From Azolla caroliniana (Eukaryota; Plantae; Polypodiophyta): a DNA stretch of 64,000 bases. Below, piece after piece: positions 35,598-49,752 of this stretch. The translations under genes were made by a program, and so were the position numbers. Positions within the stretch are counted from its first letter, which is position 1; every line of letters starts with the position of its first letter. The notes beneath the pieces are model-generated. The model saw nothing but the letters and a program-made list of their open reading frames with translations, was not told the DNA's origin and did not search any database. The stretch is taken from the NCBI GenBank assembly GCA_043228905.1, contig JBHGNT010000020.1, positions 8,556,001 to 8,620,000 on the forward strand, written 5' to 3'.

Positions 35598-38500
35598 GAT
35601 GATGAGGGTTACATGGGCCGTCTGAAGCGCTCCGTTTTGTCAGAATCATGGGCAGCTGTGGACTACGATTCACGGCATCACCACGCTTACTGTGAAGTGA
35701 GCATCTTCACTACTAACTACTATCTACTATCTACTATCTACTACTGCTACTACTACATACATACATATACTACTACATTTCGATTTTGTTATCTGCTACT
35801 GCAGGTTCTGATAGACAAATCTCAAGAGGAGGAAGAGGAGGAGGAAGGGCTGCCTTGCCTGGTGTATATGTCCCGAGAGAAGAGCCTTCAACGCAAGCAC
35901 CACTATAAAGCCGGCAACATGAATGCGCTGGTCGTCAATCTCTCTCTCTCTCTCTCTCTTCCTCTCTCTGTGAATAATCTTAACCTCAATTACAATCGTA
36001 TTTTACTTGTTTATGTAAGATGTCATCAATCCAATCCATTCCATCCTGCTAATCCATGTGCTGCACGTTACATATGACATATAACATATTAACCAGATTC
36101 GTGTGTCCGGCATCTTTACAAACGCACCCTTCATCCTCAACCTTGATTGTGATACATACGCCACCGATGGCAAAGCGCTCCTACAAGCCATGTGCTTCTT
36201 CATGGATTCCGCCATTAATCCTCAGCTAGGCTTCGTCCAGTTCCCACAGATTTTTGAAGGGATGGATGGAGGTGACACGTTTGTCGCTGCTCTCGAGGTA
36301 CCCATATTTTCATCAGTTGCATAATATCCAACAGTACATTCACTTTTGGCGATTATTTCTCCAATCACTTACATTCTTTTTTCGCATAGATAATGGAGAA
36401 ACGTATAAGTACACACACACACACATATAAATCAATGAAAAGAATACGTCTTTTATGACTGTCAATATATTAAGAAAATGTCTGAACCCTGATCGCAAAG
36501 GAGAAACAAAAAAGAAACAAAAACGGTAGAACTACGGAAAAGGTGCAGTGCACGGGATGCATCAATTAATGTCAAATTGTAATGAACTTGCTAATTCAAA
36601 CAGAGTTATTCGATCATGTCCAACAAAGGAGTAATATGGTACAGTAAACGTTCTTGGGCAAACTCTTTTGATTCCAATCGGAAATTTTTTCCTGTTCCTG
36701 CTTCTCGTTAACTAACCTAACTGTTTTTTTCAGAATCCTTATTGGCCATTTTCTTTCTAATGCACATGTCATTGGGAACAAAGAAATCCTTTTTTTTATT
36801 TTTACTAGTTTTCTTTGTAAGTTCTCGTAATTGAACCATCATATAACCTAAGATATGATCTCCTCCGCATTAACCTAATATAATTTCCAATAGACAACTT
36901 TCCCTAATTATTGTCTCATCTTCTAAGGCTTTGCCAACTAGTTGTTGAGTTGGAATCTGCTAACTGTTTGGCTTTGGTCTTAACCGGTTTCCTCTTTTGG
37001 AAGTTTTCAAACTTGAACGAACGAATCTGAACCGATCCCTTTATAGGTGAAGGCATAATCGGTTTGGTCCAAACCAGTTTGCCAAGGATCAAGCCAAACC
37101 CAACCTAGCTCAAACCGGTTAAGGAAGCTCAAGACTGAACCAAACAGCGAACGGCTCAGTTCTGGCTTGAACAAAGAATAAAGAGTGAAACCAAACGGAA
37201 GAATGATTCGATAACCCCCTCCAACTAGTCCACATGGACTCAACTCAACCCCTATCTTGAAATATATATTGTTAACGTATATTGATGTACTTCACTCGTT
37301 TCACGATTGCCACTTTTGATCAAGTCTTTGAAATATCGAAAGCCTAATCTTAAACGTGCAATAAATCAACAAGGTATACCCGTCAAAGAACTTAACCAAA
37401 GTGCCCAAATCATTGAAATTGTTGTCAAATTCACATAGTTTGTGCCACATTTGTTAGGTATAGCAACCTTCATTGCTACAGGGTTATTGATTATATGACC
37501 CAAAAGTTGATCTATTTACATTTAGTCCACGAATGAAATCGGTAGGAAGGATGTCAAAGTAATCAAAGAAGGGGGTGCACATGTCTCCTGTCCCACTAAT
37601 GAACAATGTGTGGAAAATACTAGCAATTATGACATTTCACCATCATTCAATTCACTTAGCCCTGCACCTGCAATTTTGCTCGCAAAGTTCAATTTGTACT
37701 GTCGCACAAACAATTCCGATTTTCTTTTTGCATATCATAACTACAAAATTTAGTTCACATCAAATGTTCTTGATGATGAATCAATTATGAATGAAGCATT
37801 CGAAGTCCAAATAATGTTGAATGGCAAGGACCCATAGACAAAGAACATGAATCATCAACTCTCCCCATAGGACCCTCACCTTTCTAATGCAAATGGGTGT
37901 TGAAGATAAAACAACACTTTGATGGTGTAGCTCGATTTTTGGTGGGTGGTTTCTCTCAGGTTGAAGGACATCGTTATTTTGATACATTTTCACCTGTTCA
38001 CAATATGGCATCATTCCTACTCCTTATGGCTCCGACCACCATTTTTTAGCTTGAAATTCATCATTTGGATGTACAAACAATATTCCTACATGATGACCTA
38101 CTAGAATAAATCGACATTTCACAATCTCTTCCATTTGAGTCAAAATCTTAAGTGAACTATGTTTATCTATTCCATCTATCTTTCTATGGATTTAAACATT
38201 ATATGTACATTATGTAGAATAACAGAGACACTGAGAGACAGAGATAAAAGCCTTATATTTTCCAACACATTACGCATAGTCATACATCTAGTTGACTGTT
38301 AGTACCAACACTACATGTAGAGGACATTCTTGAAGTTGGACACCATATGAATTTACTCTGCGAAGCTAGAACATTTTAAAGAATTTTTATAATTATTATA
38401 GATTCAAGTCCTTCATCTTATTTCATGCGAAGCTAGAACTTTTTAAAGAATTTTTATAATTATTATAGATTCAAGTCCTTTATCTTATTTCAGAGGTATG

Positions 38501-40793
38501 CAAATTATGCATATGGTAGTCTAGAAACTCTCATTATTTATCAAAATAAATTCATCACTAAAATTTTGAAATCATTCATCACGCTAAAAATTAAACATTG
38601 TATTGTCCTTGACATGAGAATTGAATGTTTCAGATGGCCCAACTATAGAAAACGATATTGATTTTATGATGCAATTTCCTATTAAACTATGAATAGGAAA
38701 GCTTCAATATTAAGTTACGGGATACATAGTTTTTTCAACTTTTAAGTATAACCCTTTTAATGCATGAAAAATCATTAGAGAGTTATGCGGACAAACCCCA
38801 CATCTAGTTATTGTTAATCAAAAAAATAACTAATTAAATCACTACAATTGAAAATCTTCTACGACAATATATCATGCATCTACCGGAGAAAGAATGTAAA
38901 CCATTAAGAGAAAACGAAGCATGAAAATCTACAATACCACTTTATAAGTGAGTTGATCGAAGGAAACAAGCTTACATTAGAGAATACATCGACAAATTTT
39001 ATGTGGGTTGATTCCCTAACAAAGGCTCTATCTCCTGCAAATGTTGTGAAGAGCCAGCAATGTTGACAACCATTGTGTGTGTGCCGTAATGATGGCGTAG
39101 GTGTTTTTCAAAGGATGGGATGGTGCCCAAGGTCCATCATATGCTGGGACTTCTTGTGTACATAAAAGAGAGGTCTTGTATGGGAAGACACCAGATGGTA
39201 TCTGTGTCAATAGTAAGTTATAAGCTCATCATTCTCACTACATAACGATTCATTGGGCTTGTAACAATATAAGAATTACTTGATGGATAATTAGCTTGAC
39301 CCTCAATGTAGGTCTGGAAAGCAAAGACCTAGGATCCTCTGCACAATTGATCAGCTGTGCTGCAAGGATATTATTGACAAACCTGAGCAATGATGGCAAG
39401 AACCATGGTGTCCTACGAGGAGACCCTTTTGTAGAGGAGGCAATTGAATTGCTTGGCTGTAGATATGAAGATGGAACCAATTGGGGCAAAGAGGTAAGTG
39501 GGAATCATATAACATGTATGTACAATATGATGAATAGACAATGAATGTAGTGTTTAGCCCCGTGAATTTTCGGTGTCGAAAACTGGACAATCTATAGGTC
39601 GGATTACTTTATGGATCTGTAAACGAGGATGCGCTCACTGGTCTCAAACTACATGGGAGGGGATGGAAATCGGTATTGTGCTCACCCAAGGATGCGGCAT
39701 TTTTGGGTGGTTTACCAACAACGGTCGAGGAAGTGTTAAAAACCAGAAAGCGATGGTCGACAGGAGTAATGGAGATAATAGTGGGCACCAATTCTCCCTT
39801 CTCGTTTACACGCTTGCCCAAACTCAGCATGATCCAAAGGCTCAATTACATCTGCGTGATCAATTCCATTGTAATGGGCATCCCGATGGCGACATATGCA
39901 CTACTGCCCTGCACATCATTGTTGATGGGGAGGCCTTTATTCCCAAAGGTAGGTAAATATTACATTTTCTACTCAGAATGTAGTAGTATTTTGTTGGCTC
40001 ATATGAGTAGTAGGAAGTTTTTGGCCTTTCTTTTACATGCATTTTCATGGAAAATGTGATCTAGATCTGACAACGCATGTCAAACAGAAAAGCTGAGTAG
40101 GTAATTTTTGACAAATTCCAAATGCCTGATGATGAACAGGTGGAAGAGAATCCCATGTGGCTGTTGTTAGGGTTAACTGCATTTGTTGGCGCCTATGGCT
40201 GCACATATGTGGAATCCATGATATTGGGGGGGGTAACCCTACAGGCATGGTGGATGGGGGAGAAGATGGAGGCACTCATAGCCACATCCTCCACTCTCTT
40301 TGCGGCCTACGATGTGCTCAAGAAACTCATGGGAATCTCAGACACCAAGTTCGAAGTAACGCCCAAAGACAAATTACTGAAGGAAGAAGATACGACGAAG
40401 ACGAAGCGAGAAGGAGAAGAAGCAGAAGCAGCGGTGAGCGGTGGGGTTGCTGTGAACAGCAAATTGAAGCTATTTGTGCCTCCGACGGTTATCGTTATGC
40501 TGAACCTTGCGGCCCTCTCGCAGTTTCTGCTCTCCTCTCTGCTCAACCCATCGCTGTGGTGGCCTTCATCTGCGATGGCGAGCAGCAGGAGGGTTGATGC
40601 GGTGATGAAGGTGGAGGCGTGGTGCTGCGCGTGGGTCCTGCTTCTCCTGCATCCCATCGTGAAGGGCCTGTTTCTGTGGTGCAGCGGACACCGAAGATCG
40701 CCTCTCGCACTTCACTCCTCCATCGTCTTCCTCTCCTCCTCCTGCTCTTTCATCGCTTTCTGCATCCTCAGCCTGATGATGGGGAAGTTTTGA
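34597..40793 (+). CDS. Cellulose synthase-like GT2 glycosyltransferase (CslB/E/G/H/M-like), 8 exons: 34597-35310, 35421-35696, 35805-35930, 36097-36297, 39101-39197, 39312-39493, 39598-39948, 40140-40793 (~866 aa)
   Basis: LPAVDVFVTTADPLKEPP, YVSDDAG, HHYKAGNMNAL, NLDCD, FVQFPQ, YGSVNED, TRKRW and FEVTPK motifs; GT-AG introns give a continuous frame. Confidence 0.92.
36939..37254. mobile_element. Possible degenerate MITE in CSL intron 4
   Basis: Imperfect TIRs TAGTTGTTGAGTTG and CAACTCAACCCCTA; AACCG/CGGTT-rich interior; no TSD found. Confidence 0.4.
38359..38492. repeat. Tandem duplication, 2 x 67 bp (intron 4)
   Basis: TGCGAAGCTAGAAC...CTTATTTCA at 38359 and 38426. Confidence 0.9.
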
Positions 40794-41070
40794 AGGCTCC
40801 GTAGCCGTCTGCTGGCACCATTCCATTCCTTCTGCTCATCCAATGCATTCCATTCCTTCGTATGCTCATCCAATCAACCGCGATCCATTCCATTCCATTC
40901 TTTCTTCTTTCTTCTGCTCATCCAATCCAATCCATTTCATTTTATTGCCCTTCTTCCGCTCGGCTGGATGATGGCAGTTGTAGTGGCTTTGTCACTTAAT
41001 TGTCTGGATACTTTCCTCCTCAATTAGGACAAAGTTCTTTTGATAATGTTTGTATGTCCACCATTGATGT

Positions 41071-41670
41071 TAGCAATGGGCCCGGTTCAGTTTCGGTTTC
41101 TTTGCCTTGAAACCAAACCGAATTGAACCAAACCATTTATATAAAACAAAAACCAAACCAAACTCTTTATAAACTTTCCAAGCCATTAAACCAAACCATT
41201 TAAGAAAAGCAAAACCAAACTATTTAAACCAAAACCGTTTAAAGGAAAAGTTTTAACCAAACCGAGCCATTTTATCTAACCACATTTAAGCCAAACAAAT
41301 TAAATATTTAAATAAATAAAAAATCACTAAATTAAATAAACATTCATGTTAATACAAACAAATAAATAAGCATTAATTAAGCCATTAAATTAAATAGACA
41401 TTTAAATTAAGTAGATTAAATCAATAAAAAAACATTAATTAAATCATTCAATTACATAAACATTTAAGGGATAAAAAAAGTTAACCCAAAAACCTATAAA
41501 CCAAACCACTTAAACCCCAGTTTCAAAACCAAACTGAACTAAAACCGAACCGTTTACTAATAAATAAAACCAAACCAAACCATTTAATTATTTTGGAACT
41601 TATAAACCTTTAAATCATAGCTTAACAGTTCTGTTCTGTTCGAGCCGAAACCAGGCCGGGCCCATTGCTA
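41071..41670. mobile_element. Non-autonomous hAT MITE (600 bp)
   Basis: TIR TAGCAATGGGCCCGG and CCGGGCCCATTGCTA; perfect 8-bp TSD ATTGATGT (41063-41070 and 41671-41678); AAACC subterminal repeats. Confidence 0.93.
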
Positions 41671-41724
41671 ATTGATGTAGTGTGATCACTATATTGTATT
41701 GTATTATATTGTATCTATGCATTA

Positions 41725-44700
41725 TGTCAGGAATATGGGACTGAATCGGCATGCTTTACGCTTCCAACACAATTAACAATCAATGAAACCACAAGGCAGA
41801 AAATTTTAACGTGGAATACCCAAAATAGGGAATACCGTAGGTTCCAAACAATTTTACTATGATCTGAGTACAACCGAATACAACCTCTAGAGTTTGACTA
41901 GAAGAACCTCTCTTGTGTTGTCTTTGTACTCATAGTTATCTCTGTTTTTCTCTTGCTTTTGGTGTCACAATCTTTTAGTCTCTATGTTTTGTTTTTTAGT
42001 GTTGCTCTCTCTTTTCTTATACGTTGGTTTTTTTTGTTCTATGTCACGCTGTTTTTGTGTCTACACCGTTTTCTTTAGCCTTGTAGAGTAACGTTCCTTT
42101 TCGTATCTACATTCACACCTAAACATACAAAAAAGACACACACCAACATACTAAAAACATACATACATACATATAGATATATACACACATACATAGTATA
42201 TGTATATATTTGTAAATAAGTATTAAATATTACTTTTAGTTCTGCCAAATTTGAATCGGCTCTCAATTGATTCAGCCGATTCAGCCGACTCGCTCTCAAC
42301 TCACTATCGGCCCTATTCGGCTATAGGCCCTTAGGCGATTCTCAGTCGGCTCTTTGGCCTCAACTGACTCTTAATCGGCCAACCCTCGACCGCTGACTCT
42401 GACCTCTCCGTTGACTCTTGATTGCTAGCTGACTCATGATTGTTTGTCGGTTGTTGGCTCTCGGGCATCTACCGGTTGTGTGCTCCACTTCAGTGGATAG
42501 GCCCAACAATTCTCCCTCTCCATCTCAAGTCGGGGGTGTTACACTTACGTGTTCCTCGAGTAGCTTTGATGTGAACCATTTTTCCCTATACATGGGCACT
42601 TTTTACTCTAGTGCTGGCTAGAGGTTTTTTCCCCATGTTACCACATACATGAGTCACTCATATGTGGCGGTACTTAGTACTTAGGGATATATATTTTAGA
42701 TCCTATTCGTTTTTGTATCATTCATCAATAGAGAGAGCTATTCCAGCCATTGTCTTCCTTGTGTGAGTGCTTCTTTGTTTGAGCTTCTTGTGTGTGCCTC
42801 TTGTGTGTTTCTCACTCTTCCTCACATACCCAACAGGGGGCACAACTAGGTTTGCCTTTCGTTTGCAAACTTCAAACTTCTCTAAAGCAGTCTATTTCTC
42901 TCCTATCTAAGAACATCACATAATCATGTGAAGATCATCTTCATCTCATAGACCTCAACTCTTCCACCTCCGGTGGAGATGCTAAAACGTCATCTATCTA
43001 GTCACCTATAGTTTGATGATCATGATCCTACCCATCATCATCATCGATTGCATCATCAGTCGTATCATCATACTCCACATCTCCCTTGTGACCTTGGGTG
43101 TCTAGGCCAAGAGTTGGATATTTGGTGACTGAAAAACAAGGGTGAAATTTGGCATCTCATTTGGCTCCTTAGGGATCCCTGTTTCTAATGACCTTCTTCT
43201 CTAGGTCACTTAGTCTATAGCCGAATTCCTCATGGTCGTATCCTAAAAAAATATGCATGGTTTGCATTTGTCATCGGGCTTGGATCTTTCATCTTTTGGA
43301 CATGACACTTACAGCCAAACAGTCTCAAGTGTTTGTATGACACTTCCTTACCTGTCCACACCCTCTCGGGTACATCATCATCCAAAAGGACTAATGGAGA
43401 CATATTCATGAGGTCAATTGTAGTCCTTGATTCTTTAGCCCAAAAGGATTTAAACAATTCTGAGTAGGATAGCATACCACTTACCCGCTCACAAATTGTC
43501 CTATTTATCCTCTTAGCCACACCATTGTGCTGAGGTGTTTTCTAAACACTCGTCTCAAGCCTAATACCATGCTCATGACCATATTGCTCAAAATTTCCCC
43601 TATATTCAGCGCCATTATTCGTGCGGATACATTTTTGCTTGCATTAGATAGAGGGAATTCAGTTCTAGACACTTGCTATGATTAGGAAGTCTTTGGTGAG
43701 TTTCCATCTTCCGTCACTAAAGTAATTTTCATATCCCTCATCATCAAGCTTATAGGCGGAGATGATATTCAACGAAATATCTGGTACATGCCTTACATCC
43801 CTCAATTTGAGTTTACAACCCCTATCTGAGACTAAGACTACATCTCCTATGCCAATAGCCTATGGTATACCGTATTTGGTTATTTTGACTTTACCAAAGT
43901 CACCACCAGTATATGACTCAAATATCACTCGATACAGGGTGATGTGATACAAGGCTCCCGAGTCAATGACCCAATGGGTTTGTCGACGTGCTAAACTATC
44001 ACAAGAATCCTCACACACAATAATAACATCGCCATCACATGTGGCAGTTATAAGGTCATTTTTCTTGTCGTTAGTGGTTCCATTCTTTCGGTCCCTCTTC
44101 TTCTTCCTACAATCTCTTTTGTAGTGATTTGGACCACCACAATAATGACAGGCGAAATCTTTCTTGAAGTCTTTCCTACTTCTCGATTTTGATCTCTCCT
44201 CAACATTATTTATGTTATCTCGTGGACCCCAACTCGTCGCTTCGGTAAATCACTTGAGCCGTGAGACATTTTCAGTGCCATGAAGCTAGACCAATGATCC
44301 CGAGTATGGCTTCTTCCTCTATTGGGGTTTTTTTCAATGACCAAGGGTTCATGCTCATGGTTGGACTCACGCTCCTTTTGTTGTGCTTCTTCATGTAGAA
44401 GACTCGACTTAAGTGTGTCCATTGTTAGCTCTTTTTGTTGTGTTGCAATCCCAAGTGTCACAACAAGGGTTTCCCAACTATCTGGGAGAGCATAAGAATA
44501 ACAAGGTCAACACCTCATTTGCTAGAGTTATAGCTAAAGAGACAGTTTGACTTATCAATCCTTGAAACGTGTTTAGATGCTCTGCCATACTAGAGCCATC
44601 TTGAAATCTAAGTCTTACAAGTTTCCTAAACCCGGAGACGTTATTTAAGGCAGTTTTGGTCAGAACCATAGTTTCGATTTTCCCCCATAACTCGTTTCCT

Positions 44701-45625
44701 TTGGTTTCATCACTGAAATTGTTATATAGACTCATGTCTATAAAACAACAAATATATGCAGATGTCTTTAGATGCATGACATCCCAAGTTAATGCATCTA
44801 TGTTACCAACATGTCCCTCATTTTGAACTTCTAAATTGGGTAGTTGGATACGGTCAACTTAATCATCCTGCTTAGTGATTCATCCATATTCCAAGTTTTG
44901 CGGAAGGTATGAACCTCGGCTCGGATACCACTTGTTTGGAATATGGGACTAAATGAGGATGCTTTAGGCTTCCGACACAATTAACAATACATGAAACCAT
45001 AAGACAAAAAATGAGAGTACACCAAATTTTTAACGTGGAAAACCCCAAATAACTTTACTATGATCTGAGTACAACTAAATCCAACCTCGCTAGATTTTGA
45101 CTAGAGGAATATCCAAATCTCAAGGCAATGCTTGGCTACACAATAGTGAGTACAACTGAGTACAGACTCTCTAGGTTTTGACTAGAGAAAATGTACTAGC
45201 CTCAAGGCAACAACCTTGGCTACAATCTTCACCCGATCAGCTGGATACAACAACAATTAGTAGAACTGAGTGTATTCTCTCTAGGTTTTGACTAGAGGAA
45301 ATATAGTAGCCTCAAGGCAATAAACTTGGCTACGATCCTCACCTGATTGGTTTGATAAACCAACAGAAAGTAGAAAATATAAGAAAAGAAGAAAAACACA
45401 AAATGAAGGAACTTGATACAGATGGTTCTGAGACGTGTTATACAATCGTGAGTTCCTTACGTTACGAATAGCCCCTCACGTATGTTTATCTTCTCTTCAG
45501 TAGGGCACTCTCTCTATTGCTCTCGTACTTTGGGTACTGTGTCTCTTCGGTTGCTATTTTTCTCCTTTGCACCCTTCCCACTTCTCTATCTTCTCAGTGT
45601 AAGTCGTTGTCTCTTAGTTGTCTCT
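41725..45625 (-). mobile_element. Old, composite Ty1/Copia element F (gag-PR-INT remnants, RT deleted)
   Basis: Related LTR starts at 41725 (to 42508, then PPT) and 44933; PBS rc GCTCGGATACCA 44919-44930; gag ORFs 44478-44777 and 44210-44461; integrase 43230-43520. Confidence 0.8.
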
Positions 45626-46537
45626 TGTTGAGCAGACAAGCTCAACTGGATCCAAATTGACTGAATAAGCCGGAGTTGGATCAGAGTCCAGAATGGAGAA
45701 CCAGATCGGTGTTCGGATCGGTATCCGGAACCAAGAGCCGGAATTGATAACCGGATCGGATTGTAATCGGTAGGCCATTAGAGGCCTACGGTCCAAGCCT
45801 AGTATGTAGGCATATTTCTTGGAGTCAGTGTCAGTCACGTGTATGAGCATTGAAGTACATGTCGGTACTTTTGTTAATCCTTTTAAGGACTTGTATAAAA
45901 GTGTTCTCTGAACACATTGTATTTACAGAATGTTATTATTTTGAATTGAGTTTATTGTTCTACTCTCTCTGACTCTCCCGCGTACTCTGTGTATGTGACT
46001 AAGCTTTCCATTAAACCTGTGCATATTCTTTGTTTCTATCCGGTGAAGCCGGTTTTATCTACAAGCTTCCACACACTACTTTTTACATGGTATCAGAGCA
46101 CAAGGGTTGAGAACCTTTGTTGCTGACAAGCAATTTCCATAGACAAACCCTAACTTTCAAAAAAGCATAGATCGAAAAGAAAAGAAATGGACAGAGGGAT
46201 GGCAACCTCACTCCTGGCAGAGAAACTCGACAAGAATAATTATGCATCTTGGTCTTAAAAGATGCACCAGTATATACTTGGACACGGATACTTGAGCTAT
46301 GTCAAGGGAGCAAATGAAGTAGCACCAGATCCGGGACACAAGGACTTCCCGGTATGGGAAAAGGAGCTAGCAGAGTGTTGTACTGTCTCATGTCCTGTGC
46401 GCGTGACCAGATGCTCGACTACATTGAGGATGCAAAAACACCAAAAGAAGCTTGGGAGAATCTAAAGAAGATTTTCGCGACAACGGGACATGTTGGTTAC
46501 CAACTACACCACCAAAATAAAGGAGATCTATAGCGCG

Positions 46538-49500
46538 TGTTAGATATAATCAATGATCAACCCCAAGTTGTAAATCTATCCCCATATGTGCTCTTAGAGT
46601 GCACATTTTGTGATAGTGCCGCAAATGAGGATCTCTCTACTATATGCCAGTAGTTGATGACTTCAGTAGAAAGATGTGGGTTTACTTCCTTCGGGAGAAG
46701 GCTGAAGTTTTTAAAATCTTCAAAAGATGGCGTAAGTTTGTCGAGCGGGAGTTCGAAAAATTAGTGAAGGAGGTACGCTTTGATCAAGGTGGAGAATTCT
46801 TATCAATAGAATTATGCGAATATTGCAAAGATAATGGAATTAAGCGCCAACTTACAATTGCCAACACCCCACAACAAAATAGCATTGTCGAACGTCGAAA
46901 CCGAACAATTATCGAGATGGCTAGGTGTATGTTGAAGGCACAAGTGCTGCCCGACCCATTCTGGGCTGAAGCAGTGAATACAACAATTTACATCCTCAAT
47001 TGAAGCTACATGAAGGCACTTCAAGGGAAAACACCCCAAGAAGCTTATTCAGGCAAGTAACTTTCAGTGCTGCACTTCAAAACCTTTGGGTGTACGTGTT
47101 ACACACATGTTCCGGATGTGAGCAGAAAGAAGTTGGATGCTAAAAGCAAGAAGTGTATCTTTCTCGGATATAGTGAAGAGTCAAAGGCCTATCAACTCTA
47201 CGATCCAAAGGCAAGAAAGATATTGACAAGCCGCAATGTGGTGTTTGATGAGGAACGACCACAGCTAGATGAGAACAATGATTCTCAAGTTATCTCATCA
47301 ACCGAAGAAGTATTCCCCCCAATCCTGACCCACTGTCTAGAAAAGGAAGCTCAACCATCTGATGGTAATGGCTCGTTAGTTCAGCATATGCTAGTGCCCC
47401 ATGTAAAGAAAATACCTAAGTGGGCTCAACAACTCTTCAATGACCGTACTCCTAAAGTTGAGTTTCTTGAAACTTCAACTGATGGATTACGAAGATCAAG
47501 AAGAATATAAGAACAAGGGAGAACCTCTGACCACATTGTCAACATGGCTCTGATGGTGGACATCATAGGCTCAGTGAGTGAGCCGACCTTGGTGGAGGAA
47601 GCCATGGACGGCCCGAAGTGGAAAGAGGCGATGATATCAGAATACGATAACATCATGAAAAATGACATGTGGGAGTTGTTAGAGAGGCCAACAAAGAGGA
47701 AGGTGATGGGCACCAAGTGGGTGTGGAAAGTAAAGTATAAAGCTGATGGTTCTTTGGAGAAATTTAAGGCGAGGCTAATAACGCAAGGATACTCCCAAAT
47801 TGAAGGGTTCGATGTACAAGAAACATTTGCCCCGACAACTCGCATGACAATAATTCGAATGGTCATAGCATTGGTTGCTCCAAGAGGATGGACGTGAAAA
47901 ATGGATGTCAAATCGGCATTTCTGAATGGGCATCTCAAGGAGGAGGTATACGTGACACAACCACCAGGGTTTGAGATGCCGAATTCAGGAAAAAAAGTCT
48001 ACAAGCTGAAGAAGGCGTTGTATGGTCTAAAGCAAGCATTGAGAGCTTGGAACAAGAGGATAGACAACTTCTTACAATCAATCGACTTTAAGCAATGTGC
48101 TTCGGATGCAAGTATGTATGTCAAAATGAAGGACGGGAAACAAGTCATCATCATCATTTACGTGGATGATCTAGTACTTACTGGTGACCATGAAGAGTGT
48201 ATTGGCCAAACATAAGAGTGTTTGAAAACTGAGTTTGAAATGACAGACTTGGGGATTTTACACTATTTCCTTGGAATTGAAGTTTGGCAAACCTCGGTTG
48301 GCATCTTCATGTCACAAAGAAAGTACGCAATAGAGATCTTGAAGACCTTTGGGATGATGGAAAACAAGTTGAAGTCGACTCCAATGGAGTCAAATTACAA
48401 GCTATCCCAAGAAGACCAACCTGTCACCAATGGTTGACATAAGGAAGTATAGACAGCTAGTAGGAAGTCTAATTTTCCTATGCAGTACTAGGCCAGATAT
48501 TTTCTTTGTAGTCGGTGTGGTGAGTCGATTTAGCAACAAGCCGAAGGAGACGCATTGGAAAGCTTCACTACGTGTATTAAAGTACATTGTGGGTACTTTA
48601 AATTACAGAATCTTCTACAAGCCAACAATTGACGAACTTAGTGCATATGGCGGCTCCGACTAGGCTGGAGATAGTGATTCCAGAAAATCAGTTTCTGGAT
48701 ATTGTTTTTCAATAGGTTCTAGAGTTGTTTCATGGAGTAGTAAAAAACAACCAACAGTGGCACTATCTTCAATAGAAGTAGAATACAAAGCAACATGCAT
48801 AGCGGCATGCGAGGTAGTTTGGCTAAGAAGAATCCTTATGGATGTGGCGGTTCCAATAAGGACGACAACGGTATTGAGGTGTGACAATCAGAGTTGCATG
48901 ACCATTGCCAAGAACCCCATATTTCATGCACGTACTAAACACATAGAGATTCAATATTACTATGTGTAGGAGCTAATAAATGATGAGATTGTGGAGCTTG
49001 AGTATTGTCGGATATCTTCACAAAGGCCCTTGGATCAGAATAGCTACAACAACACCTTCGACGACTAGGAGTTGGCCCAATTCCAAGTGAACTCAATGGG
49101 TTGATCATTGAGGGGGTGTGTTAGATATAATCAATGATCAACCCCAAGTTGTAAATCTATCCCCATATGTGCTCTTAGAGTGCACATTTTGTGATAGTGC
49201 CGCAAATGAGGAGCGACTAGTGTGCAACTCAACCATATGGGTCGATAAGGTGTTAATCTAGGAAACCATAGATGCGTAGAACACAATGGATTTAGGAAAG
49301 AGCGAAATAGGTAATAGGATTGGCTAATCAAGTCAACTAGAATATTTTGTGGGCAAGTTACAATGTACTTAGTGAAGTATGTGCCATTGACTTCAAGATA
49401 AGTACTATCTAGCACTAGCCTATATCTAGGGAGTTGGGTCATATTAAATGACAAATCAGTTGACAGAAAAGGAATATCTCCACTACTATCAACTGACATG

Positions 49501-49752
49501 CACATTTAATGTGACACTTGGACCAAACAGAGAATATAATCCACTCTCTTACACAGTGGTGTATTGGTTATCAGTCCCCATTAATTTTGTAGTGAGTTGG
49601 TCCAGGTCCCATCTAAGCTCTAAGGTGTGAGCGCATGGGTGAACTACCATTGTGAGCTACTCTCATGTGTAATAGAAGTTTTGTTTTCATATATCCATCT
49701 CTGTGGTTGTAACTCTATATAGCTATCTAATCGATTCTCAATATTTCTAACA
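46538..49752 (+). mobile_element. Ty1/Copia element H with an internal deletion (5' LTR stub fused to integrase; RT, RH; 3' LTR 49119-49752)
   Basis: 46538-46631 matches the start of the 49119 LTR; [31 protein letters not shown] and CDNQS motifs; PPT GAGGGGGTG 49110-49118. Confidence 0.9.
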
